This document shows, one piece after another, positions 8,395-16,608 of a DNA stretch of 64,000 nucleotides. The notes under the pieces are model-generated. The model was not told where the DNA came from. It saw only the letters and a list, made by a program, of their open reading frames with translations, and searched no databases. The stretch is taken from positions 208,682-272,681 of the forward strand of contig CAVXAH010000001.1 of the NCBI GenBank assembly GCA_963759775.1. The letters run 5' to 3'. The stretch comes from an uncultured bacterium. Its GTDB lineage: Bacteria; Patescibacteriota; Minisyncoccia; Phycocordibacterales; Phycocordibacteraceae. Within the stretch, counting starts at the first letter, position 1. Every line of letters begins with the position of its first letter. The position numbers and the translations under genes were made by a program.

Positions 8395-9384
8395 TTATTT
8401 TACAAATGAACGTGCCGCGTCCACAATCGCCGGCGCATTTAGCTTGTAGTGAGCAAGAAGTTCATCGGGGGTTCCTGACTGCCCAAACTCGTTATGAAGC
8501 CCCATAAACCGCATGGGAACAGGATAAAGCTCCGCGAGCGCTTCAGCAACCGCGCTACCAAAGCCCCCAGCAACCTGATGCTCTTCAATAGTGATGACGC
8601 GGCCCGCGCGTTTCGCCGCATGCACCACTGCATCTGTATCAAGTGGCTTCACGGTTGGCACGTGAAGCACGATTGACCCTATGCCTTCTGCGGCAAGCGC
8701 GCGGGCCGCAAGCAACACTTCGTAGGAGAGCGCGCCGGTAGAGAGCAGGGCGACGCGCGGCTTTTTGTCTTCAAAGAGAATTGTCGCTTTCCCAATTGAA
8801 AATGAGGTCTCTGGAGTGGTAAAGACAGGTGTTGCCGCGCGTCCAAACCGCAGATAGGTGGGCGTCTTGGTTTTCGCGGCCGCGAGAACTGCTTTCCTCG
8901 CTTCCTCAGCATCCCCGGGCACGATTACGGTCATGTTGGGAAGCGCGCGCATCATGGCAATGTCTTCAAGCATTTGGTGTGTCGCGCCGTCGGGACCCAC
9001 CGAAACGCCCGCGTGCATTCCGCATATTTTTACGGGCACGTCGTTTAGTGCGATTGTCGTGCGGATCTGTTCGTAATTCCTGCCCGGAGAAAACGCCGCA
9101 TAGGACGCAATAAAAGGCACCTTCCCTATCGCGGCCATACCTGCTGCTACGGTCGCCATGTTCTGCTCAGCGACGCCCATTTCAACAAAGCGTTCTGGAA
9201 ACTCTTTTTCAAAGTCCTCCGCGCGCGTAGACTCTTTAAGGTCTGCACACAACACCACAACTTGTGGGTCCGCCTTCCCCGCCTCCACCACACCCTTCCC
9301 AAACCCGTCGCGCGTCGGCTTTTTTTCAATATCGTCCGCAAAGACTTTTGCGGAAAGTTTTGCGTGTGGGTTAAGCATATTCAT
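8395..9384 (-). CDS. transketolase, C-terminal half (pyrimidine-binding + C-terminal domains)
   Basis: VAEQNMATVAAGMA and GATHQMLEDIAMMRALPNM are transketolase middle-domain motifs. Confidence 0.85.
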   Translation of the reverse strand: MNMLNPHAKLSAKVFADDIEKKPTRDGFGKGVVEAGKADPQVVVLCADLKESTRAEDFEKEFPERFVEMGVAEQNMATVAAGMAAIGKVPFIASYAAFSPGRNYEQIRTTIALNDVPVKICGMHAGVSVGPDGATHQMLEDIAMMRALPNMTVIVPGDAEEARKAVLAAAKTKTPTYLRFGRAATPVFTTPETSFSIGKATILFEDKKPRVALLSTGALSYEVLLAARALAAEGIGSIVLHVPTVKPLDTDAVVHAAKRAGRVITIEEHQVAGGFGSAVAEALAELYPVPMRFMGLHNEFGQSGTPDELLAHYKLNAPAIVDAARSFVK

Positions 9385-10228
9385 GAGGGACTTTTCCGCC
9401 CATTGAGCGGATTTCTTTCAAAAACCGTTTTGCTTCTTCTTTGGTGGGTGGCTTTCCGTGCCACTTGTAATCAAATTCTATTTCCTTTACGCCCTTGCCC
9501 GGAATCGTGTGCGCAATAATCAATGTCGGCTTTTCAAAAATCGTTTTCGCTTCTTCAACCGCAGATACAAATGCGCGCATATCGTGTCCGTTTACCTCAA
9601 GCACATGCCAGTTAAAGGCGCGGTATTTATCCGCAAGGGGCTCGAGTGGCATAACGTTTTCGGTCATACCATCTATTTGAATGTTATTTCGATCAATAAC
9701 GGCAGTGAGATTTGATAATTTGTTTTTACCTATAAACAACGCCGCCTCCCACGTATTTCCCTCCTCTTGCTCGCCATCACTCATGAGTACGTAGGTTCGG
9801 TTCGTCTTTCCATCCATGCGAAGCGCATATGCCATTCCCCCTGCCTGCGAGAGACCCGAGCCAAGCGGTCCAGAGGTTGTTTCAAGCCCCGGAAGACGCG
9901 TGCGTTCTGGGTGCCCTTGAAGTCGCGTACCAAATTTGCGAAGCGTCAGGCACTCTTTGACGGGGAAATACCCCGCGTGTGCCATAGCGGCATACCGCAC
10001 GGGCGTAATGTGCCCGTTTGAAAGCACAAGTCGATCGCGCTCGGCCCACCCCGTATGTTTTGGATCGTGTTTGAGAATATGAAAATAAAAGGCGGCGAAG
10101 ATGTCCGCCATGCCAAGTGGCCCTGCGGTGTGCCCCGAGCCGGCAGCGACCAACATTTCAATAACGGTCTCGCGGATTTTTTCCGCGTGCGATTCAAGTT
10201 TTTTGATTTCAGTGTCCGTAAGAGCCAT
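9371..10228 (-). CDS. transketolase, N-terminal half (TPP-binding)
   Basis: GSGHTAGPLGMADI and MSDGEQEEGNTWEA. It overlaps the C-terminal-half gene by 14 nt, giving a split transketolase. Confidence 0.85.
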   Translation of the reverse strand: MALTDTEIKKLESHAEKIRETVIEMLVAAGSGHTAGPLGMADIFAAFYFHILKHDPKHTGWAERDRLVLSNGHITPVRYAAMAHAGYFPVKECLTLRKFGTRLQGHPERTRLPGLETTSGPLGSGLSQAGGMAYALRMDGKTNRTYVLMSDGEQEEGNTWEAALFIGKNKLSNLTAVIDRNNIQIDGMTENVMPLEPLADKYRAFNWHVLEVNGHDMRAFVSAVEEAKTIFEKPTLIIAHTIPGKGVKEIEFDYKWHGKPPTKEEAKRFLKEIRSMGGKVPHEYA

Positions 10229-10248
10229 CAGAAAGAGTATACCGTACG

Positions 10249-10977
10249 CTATTCGTAGGTACCGTACTGTTCAACCATCTTGGAGAGTGTACGAAATTTA
10301 GCATTCATATCTTTCGCCTGCAGAAGTTCATGGCCCACCACGAGTCGGTTGGCGCCTGCGGCGAGGAGTTCTGGCGCCGTCTGCTCAGTAACTCCTCCAT
10401 CAATTTGTATCGTCATCTCTGGGTAGCGTTTTTTGAAGGAACGTATGCGCGTGAGCACTCGGCGGTCAAACGGCTCTCCTTGTCGACCAATTTGGGCAAT
10501 ACCCATAAACTGCACATACTCTATAAAAGGGAGAAAGGGTTCAATGAGCGAGAGGTCGCTCGTGAGGTTCACGGCAAGTCCAAGCGACAGGAGCCCTGGT
10601 GCAAAATCTTTGTCATGACCGTACTTCAACCGCAGGTCGGTGATGACGCGTGGAAGGTATGTGGTGCTTTCGGCATGGACGGTAATGCGGGATGCGCCTA
10701 CGGCGATCCATGCTCCCGTCACAAGCTCGGGGTCTCGCACCATAAGATCCACCTCAAAACGCAACCGCCCCGCGTGCGGCAAAAACGTGTTTGCCGCCAC
10801 CATTTGTGCAAAATCCTTTCCGCCCTCGGCGTATGGCCAGCTCTTTGGGGTCGCAAATTCCCCGTCAACCACATCTATCTGCACGGCGTCCACACCGTCT
10901 ATGCTCGCGAAACGCCGAAGCGCATCCTCAAGTTCTTTACGAGTCTTGGGGAGTACGGCCGGGACAATAGCGCTCAT
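10249..10977 (-). CDS. ribulose-phosphate 3-epimerase family protein (divergent)
   Basis: Barrel-type pattern IVPAVLP...QIDVVDGEF...VQFMGIAQIGRQGEPF. It sits in a pentose-phosphate gene context. Confidence 0.55.
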   Translation of the reverse strand: MSAIVPAVLPKTRKELEDALRRFASIDGVDAVQIDVVDGEFATPKSWPYAEGGKDFAQMVAANTFLPHAGRLRFEVDLMVRDPELVTGAWIAVGASRITVHAESTTYLPRVITDLRLKYGHDKDFAPGLLSLGLAVNLTSDLSLIEPFLPFIEYVQFMGIAQIGRQGEPFDRRVLTRIRSFKKRYPEMTIQIDGGVTEQTAPELLAAGANRLVVGHELLQAKDMNAKFRTLSKMVEQYGTYE

Positions 10978-11119
10978 ACCCTGGGGTACAACATGGCATT
11001 GCTCCGAGTGGCACCTCTCGAGGTGAAGCTGTGCTGTTTATGTTTTATCTGCGTTTGTGTAATCAACATTGTGTGAGTCGGAGCTGTGCCACGATGCCAT
11101 GTTGTCCCACGGGGCATAG

Positions 11120-11608
11120 CTAAAACTTTAAAAGGCGGCGGGTATGCCGCGGTGCTTCTGAAAACGGCGTTTCCAGGAAAATGCGTACGGCGTTGACTGC
11201 CTCTTCGCCTGCAACAAAGCGCGCGCCGATAGAGAGAATGTTTGCATTGTTGTGGCGGCGTGCAAGCCGCAAGATGTCAAAACCATCTTCCGAGTGTCCT
11301 CCCTCTATATCAAGTGACTCGGTCACGCGCATGGGACCGTAGTAGACCGCGGCGCGAGCGCCAGAAACACGGTTCGCGCACATCGCCTCTCCTTCTCCAC
11401 TTCCGCCCAAAATAATCCCGCAGCTTTCGGGATCAGCGGCGACACGCTTTGCAAGCGGCATAATGAAATCCGGATAATCATCATCCCCGTTAAGTTCATG
11501 AGCACCTAAGTCCTCAACGGAGTATCCAAGTGTCGGTAGGTGCGCAAGGAGCGCGGCTTTCATCCGAAAGCCCGCATGGTCAGATGCAAGATAGATCTTC
11601 TTAGGCAT
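11120..11608 (-). CDS. rpiB: ribose-5-phosphate isomerase B
   Basis: KIYLASDHAGFRMK and GGSGEGEAMCANR match the RpiB/LacAB family. Confidence 0.85.
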   Translation of the reverse strand: MPKKIYLASDHAGFRMKAALLAHLPTLGYSVEDLGAHELNGDDDYPDFIMPLAKRVAADPESCGIILGGSGEGEAMCANRVSGARAAVYYGPMRVTESLDIEGGHSEDGFDILRLARRHNNANILSIGARFVAGEEAVNAVRIFLETPFSEAPRHTRRLLKF

Positions 11609-12611
11609 GAGCGGCTTTAAGAACGTGCCGTACGAGCGATTCGGTGTACCCCATTTCGTTGTCGTACCACGCGAGTACTTTCACCAAGTTCCCATCCACC
11701 ACACGTGTCATACCAAGATCGGCAAGAGAAGCGTGGGGCTCTCCGATGATGTCGCTTGAAACGAGTTCCTCATCGGTGGTGGTGAAAATGCCTTCCCAGC
11801 GGCTATCTTTCGCGGCTTTGCGAAGAGCGTCATTTACCTCTTCGACAGTCGTTGCGCGCTTCGCGATGAAGGTGATGTCCGCAATAGAGCCAGCCGGCAC
11901 TGGAACACGAAGCGAGATGCCATCAAATTTTCCGGCAAGTGCCGGATATGCTTTCGCAACCGCAATTGCCGCACCAGTTGAAGTGGGCACAATATTTTGT
12001 GCGGCCGCTCTTCCCTCTTTCTTATCTTTCTTTGACGGACCGTCAACAATCGCTTGACTTGCGGTGTATGCATGCGTAGTGGAGAGCACTGCCTTTTCAA
12101 TGCCGATGGCTTCGTCGAGTATCGCGATGACCGGGCTTGCGGAGTTGGTCGTGCACGAAGCGTTTGATGTTATTTGGCATGTGCCGAGCCGATCTTCGTT
12201 GAGACCCATGAGCACGGTCGCGCCGAGTGGAGAATCCGTTTTCACTGGAGCCGTTATCACGACGCGCTTTGCGCCTGCATCAAGATGCACTTTCGCTTTT
12301 TCGTATTCCGTAAAAAAACCCGTGGACTCTATGACGACATCCACATCGAGGTCCTTCCACGGCAAGTTCGCTGGGTCTTTTTCGGAAAAGAATTTGACCG
12401 GCTTTCCGCCAATCACGAGCGCACCGTCTTTTGCTTCCACTTCAAACGGCGCGCGGCGATACACCGTGTCGTATTTCAAAAGGTATGCGAGGTTCTCCAG
12501 AGAGCCGAGATCGTTTACGGCGACGATTTCAATACCACGACCAAAACTCCTTCTCGCAAAAGCTCTTCCAATCCTCCCAAATCCGTTAATCGCAACTCGT
12601 ACTGGTTTCAT
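11601..12611 (-). CDS. gap: glyceraldehyde-3-phosphate dehydrogenase, type I
   Basis: VAINGFGRIGR and SNASCTTNS motifs. Start taken at ATG 12609-12611; GTG 12653 is the longest-ORF alternative. Confidence 0.9.
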   Translation of the reverse strand: MKPVRVAINGFGRIGRAFARRSFGRGIEIVAVNDLGSLENLAYLLKYDTVYRRAPFEVEAKDGALVIGGKPVKFFSEKDPANLPWKDLDVDVVIESTGFFTEYEKAKVHLDAGAKRVVITAPVKTDSPLGATVLMGLNEDRLGTCQITSNASCTTNSASPVIAILDEAIGIEKAVLSTTHAYTASQAIVDGPSKKDKKEGRAAAQNIVPTSTGAAIAVAKAYPALAGKFDGISLRVPVPAGSIADITFIAKRATTVEEVNDALRKAAKDSRWEGIFTTTDEELVSSDIIGEPHASLADLGMTRVVDGNLVKVLAWYDNEMGYTESLVRHVLKAAHA

Positions 12612-12679
12612 ATCTTTTATATTAGCATCCACCTCCCCATTAAATCTTTCCACTTTAAATTTTTAAATCTTTAAATAGT

Positions 12680-13183
12680 TCATGGATTTTTGCCGTATCG
12701 GCGGGCGTATTCCGGTCCCCAGATGTGGGGCATGTCCTTGGCGAGCATCGCCATGGACGCGCGCTCAAACTCCTCCACGTCCTTTTGTCGCTTGGTCTGC
12801 TCCGGTTTCCGCTGTAGTCCTTGGTGTTCGGACGACTTCACCGCCTTGATAAACGACGAGATGAGCTTTGAGCATTCTTCTGCTCTCATCTTTAAATTTT
12901 TAAACATTTCAATATTTAAATATCCTATGTCGTGTGCCGCATAGAGCTGTGCTCTCACTTCCCCCGCAGAGGCTTTAGCGATGTAGAGATAGTTCACAAA
13001 CCCTTGTCGCGTCCCACTTTCAAACCCTTCTGCAATGTTGCTCATCACCGAAATACTCGCGCGCTGAATTTGGTCGGTGAAGCCACGGTCGCGGCACGTG
13101 CGAAGGACGTCGTACACATCGCGCGTGAGCGCACGAGCGGCTTGCCAGCATTTCAAATCCTCAAATCGCTGTACCGTTGCCAT
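12680..13183 (-). CDS. four-helix-bundle protein (23S rRNA intervening-sequence protein family)
   Basis: FEDLKCWQAARAL, SNIAEGFESGT and ASAGEVRAQL motifs, with a C-terminal extension of about 55 aa. Confidence 0.75.
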   Translation of the reverse strand: MATVQRFEDLKCWQAARALTRDVYDVLRTCRDRGFTDQIQRASISVMSNIAEGFESGTRQGFVNYLYIAKASAGEVRAQLYAAHDIGYLNIEMFKNLKMRAEECSKLISSFIKAVKSSEHQGLQRKPEQTKRQKDVEEFERASMAMLAKDMPHIWGPEYARRYGKNP

Positions 13184-13215
13184 AATTAATACTTAAACAT
13201 TTAAATATTCCAAGT

Positions 13216-16200
13216 TTAATTTGGGGTTTCCTCGGGCGCAGGCTCTGGTGCGGGTTCTGGAGCAGGTGCGGGTTCGGGAGTTGGTTCTGGAGCCGGGATT
13301 GACTCAACTGGAGGAGGCTCGCTTGGTGCATCACCGCCTTCTGCCGGAGTTCCTGAAGTTACAGTTACCAAACGCGAGACGCCTCCGGTATTTCCTGCCG
13401 CATCACTTACTTGGTATGTGATGGTGTACATGCCCTCGGTTGTAGCATCAACCGTGCCAGACACTATTATATGTGTCGTGAGGTCGCCGTCGATGTCGTC
13501 CGTTGCGGTAGTGCCCGGGTCGGTGAAGGTGTCGCCTACCGAAACCTCAATCGCCGCATCTCCGATGAGTGTAAGAACTGGTGATGTGGTGTCGCCAGAG
13601 ACTGGTGTTGATGTTGCAGAGCTTGGTGGCGAAGTAACGGTTGGAGGTTCGGAACCACCGCTTGAACTTGGAGGAGGGGTTTGCGAAACAGTAGGAGTGG
13701 ATGGTACGCCAGTGTCGGAAGTCTGTACCAAGAAATAGTCAAAGGAGACATCTTCGTCTTGGTCTCTTGAAAGCACCACGCGGAAGCTTCCGACTTGTTT
13801 GTCGCTTACGTACCATGAGCCGCTCACCTGCGAGTTGAAGGTGATGAATATCTTCGTTGAGGGCCTCACAAGAGAGTTGGTGATTTCAACCACTGTGTTG
13901 CCGGAGAGTATCGTTGCGGTGCCTGCAGAGCTTGTGCCGTCTGCGTCTTTTCCTGCGACAAGTTCGCGGAAGACAAGCTGGTTGAAGCGCGCAATACCCT
14001 TTTCAATAAATATGCCGAAGTTTTCAAGAGCCGAAGCAAGTGTGGAGGTGGAGAGGATGTTTGTAGAAGTTGCCATGCCCACTTCTCCACTTTCAAGTTT
14101 CGCGAGGCGATCCTCAAGTGAGTTCATGCGCGCTTCGTGCATATTTACTTTTGCAGCAAGTGCTTGTACGCCTGCGAGCGTAAAGGTGGTGAGTTTGTAG
14201 AGATCAACGCCTCTTCTATCCGCAGAAAGTATTTCTGGCGCCGTCTGCGCGGCGTCCTCCGCGATAAGTCCGAGGCGAAGCGGACTTCCGGCGCTCTCCA
14301 CGGTGTAGTGGTAGGTTGCAATCTTCAACTGCCCAAGCTTCGCAAGGGCAGCCGCCCCCTCCTCTGCGCCAAAGTATGTGACGTCAGATTTGGCAGAGCG
14401 GGTTGAAGTATTTACAAAACCGATCGCCGCCACCTCACCATTTACTTCCAGTGCGTGGTTTGGGGTGTTGGTGCCGATACCAACGTTGCCTGTTGCTCCA
14501 TTAACCGTAAACTGCCCTGGTGCAAATGCGTATTCCGGGCTGACAAATACTTCAACCGTTCCGGACGAGGAAATGTTCGCGAGCGCAAAACCGACAATTC
14601 TTCCAGACTCCGTCGCCTTCTTTCCAACACCCGGTGTTGAAGAAAGAGTAATGGGATCGCCGATTGAGATTGGTCCGCCTTCCATATTTACTTTCGTGGG
14701 CACGCGACCGGCAAGAGCAACAGGGACATCATTTGCGCCGTGTGTTCCGATTGCGACACCATTTTGACCAAGTGTCGCACCAGAGCCTTCCGCCAAAGAG
14801 AGGCCTGGGGAGGTTGAAACAATGCCTATCATTCCTCCACTTGAGGTTGCCTTGCGCACTCCTTTGACTGTCCCGCTATCAAGCATCACCAATTCTCCAG
14901 GCTCAAGAGAACCCACTGCTGTGTAGTACTCGGCGAGGTCCGTACATTGGCTTGACGTACAACCCGAAGCAAAGACGTTGCGCCAGCGAAGAAGCGATGT
15001 GCTTTGTCCGAGGTCTTGCGCGGCGTCACCGCCAGGATAGACGTGGCCGGAGGTGGTCATTTTAACTGTTGCGGAAATTGCGCCAAGAACAACACTTCCT
15101 GCATCGGAGTAAACAAGCAAGTCCGCATCATTTCCTCCGTGACCAAAATAACCCGATCGGCTTCCATTCCTGTAGAAAGCCATGTAGGGATAGGCTGTCG
15201 TTGTATTGGTAACACGCATCACTTCCGCAAAGCTTCCGGTTCTGGATACATCAAGTAGTGCGCCTGGCGTCGTGGTCCCAATGCCGACGTTGCCGGAAGA
15301 GGTTATGGTTAAGTCCCGCGTGTTTCCGCCTCCTCTAAATTCAAGGTTCCCGGTTATTGCACGTACAATTGCTCCCGCGCTGTCCCACGTGAGTTGCCCA
15401 TATTGGTTGGTGAGAGATCCCCACCCAACCGAGTTCAGGTTGTTATCACGAACGTCTAGTTTTGTCGTCGTTGAAAGTTGTCCAATACCAATACGTCCAT
15501 CATTCCCAACCACAAAGTGTGTTGCGGTTGAGCTTCCAACGACAAATGCGGGGCCGGTAATGCCGTTTGGGTTCACTGACAACTGTCCCCACGGCGAGGT
15601 GGTCCCGATTCCCACTCTTCCGCTTGTCTGTTGGACAATGAAGTGTGAGGTGCCTACGGTAAGTCCACCCGTTGAGATAGTGGAGGTCGCGGTGGTGGAG
15701 GTGGCAACAAAGTTTTGTCCCACCACCAGTCCCGCAACCGAGAGTTTGGCGTAGGGCGAGGTGGTGCCGATACCGACGTTGCCTGAGGCGTCAACTCTCA
15801 TCCTTTCTGAACTGTTTGTTATGAAGTATATGGGTTGAGCGGCAATGGTATAAAGCTGAACAGGTCCTGTGTTTGCAACCAAATTCATAATACTACTGCC
15901 TGAAGAGCCATCGCCGATATAGCCAATTTCCGTATTATCAGATGTCCTAAATGATATGTACGGATCGGCAGTTACTGCTGAAGCGCTGTCAAGATCCTGA
16001 ATACGCAACATTTCTGATCCCGTGGAAGCGATGTGAAGTTTCGCGCCTGGACTCGTCGTCCCGATACCGACGTTGCCATTTTGAAGCACCGTGAGACCAC
16101 TTGCGCCGGCGGCTGAAAGACCGCCGGCGAATGTGGAGGTTGCGGTGGTGCTCGTTGCATGGAAATACTCTGCAACGACCGGCCCGACGACTGACAGTTT

Positions 16201-16608
16201 TGCGTATGGCGACGTCGTCCCGATCCCGACGTTGCCGGTAGAGCCGATAAAGATACTTGAGGTGGCTTGTGCTACGCCCATATCATTGCCGACGAGGAAG
16301 TTGCCTTTGGCGAGGGCGAGATTGTTGACTCCAATCGTTGAGGTGGAAACAAGCATTTTGTTCGCGTCGGTGGCGATGAGAGAGGACGCGGAAATGCCGG
16401 TGAGCCAGGTTGAGCCCGAGTTCGTGAAGCCGGTGGTGGAGGCGTTCTGGAATGAGGACGCGACGGTGGTGGAGGTTGCGTGGAAATACTCCGCAACGAC
16501 AGGTCCGACGACGGAAAGTTTGGCGTATGGCGAAGTTGTGCCGATACCGACGTTGCCTGTGCTGTTCTGAATAAGAAGTTTGGTGGTGTTGTTTGTAACC
16601 AAGTTCAA
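13216..16608 (-). CDS. C-terminal 1130 codons of a giant fibre-like surface protein
   Basis: It carries repeated GNVGIGTTSPYAKLSV modules. A tailspike-type intramolecular-chaperone (S74-like) segment lies at approx 14090-14420. An Ig-like module and a PAPEPTPEPAPAPEP tail follow. Confidence 0.75.
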   Translation of the reverse strand: MNLVTNNTTKLLIQNSTGNVGIGTTSPYAKLSVVGPVVAEYFHATSTTVASSFQNASTTGFTNSGSTWLTGISASSLIATDANKMLVSTSTIGVNNLALAKGNFLVGNDMGVAQATSSIFIGSTGNVGIGTTSPYAKLSVVGPVVAEYFHATSTTATSTFAGGLSAAGASGLTVLQNGNVGIGTTSPGAKLHIASTGSEMLRIQDLDSASAVTADPYISFRTSDNTEIGYIGDGSSGSSIMNLVANTGPVQLYTIAAQPIYFITNSSERMRVDASGNVGIGTTSPYAKLSVAGLVVGQNFVATSTTATSTISTGGLTVGTSHFIVQQTSGRVGIGTTSPWGQLSVNPNGITGPAFVVGSSTATHFVVGNDGRIGIGQLSTTTKLDVRDNNLNSVGWGSLTNQYGQLTWDSAGAIVRAITGNLEFRGGGNTRDLTITSSGNVGIGTTTPGALLDVSRTGSFAEVMRVTNTTTAYPYMAFYRNGSRSGYFGHGGNDADLLVYSDAGSVVLGAISATVKMTTSGHVYPGGDAAQDLGQSTSLLRWRNVFASGCTSSQCTDLAEYYTAVGSLEPGELVMLDSGTVKGVRKATSSGGMIGIVSTSPGLSLAEGSGATLGQNGVAIGTHGANDVPVALAGRVPTKVNMEGGPISIGDPITLSSTPGVGKKATESGRIVGFALANISSSGTVEVFVSPEYAFAPGQFTVNGATGNVGIGTNTPNHALEVNGEVAAIGFVNTSTRSAKSDVTYFGAEEGAAALAKLGQLKIATYHYTVESAGSPLRLGLIAEDAAQTAPEILSADRRGVDLYKLTTFTLAGVQALAAKVNMHEARMNSLEDRLAKLESGEVGMATSTNILSTSTLASALENFGIFIEKGIARFNQLVFRELVAGKDADGTSSAGTATILSGNTVVEITNSLVRPSTKIFITFNSQVSGSWYVSDKQVGSFRVVLSRDQDEDVSFDYFLVQTSDTGVPSTPTVSQTPPPSSSGGSEPPTVTSPPSSATSTPVSGDTTSPVLTLIGDAAIEVSVGDTFTDPGTTATDDIDGDLTTHIIVSGTVDATTEGMYTITYQVSDAAGNTGGVSRLVTVTSGTPAEGGDAPSEPPPVESIPAPEPTPEPAPAPEPAPEPAPEETPN

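Noticed and set aside
10330-11076. Long plus-strand ORFs antisense to clear minus-strand genes: 10330..11076, 12064..12666, 21171..21995, 28020..28841, 32792..33802 and 35310..35816.
   Set aside because: They lie opposite well-supported genes (rpe-like, gap, giant protein, secA, O-antigen-ligase-like, flippase) and have low-complexity or odd composition with no motifs. They are typical shadow ORFs in GC-moderate DNA.
12680-16608. A diversity-generating retroelement, suggested by an Avd-like four-helix-bundle gene directly downstream of a huge surface protein.
   Set aside because: No reverse transcriptase ORF occurs anywhere in the window. There is no template/variable repeat pair at the 3' end of the giant gene. 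The spacer to gap is only about 70 nt.
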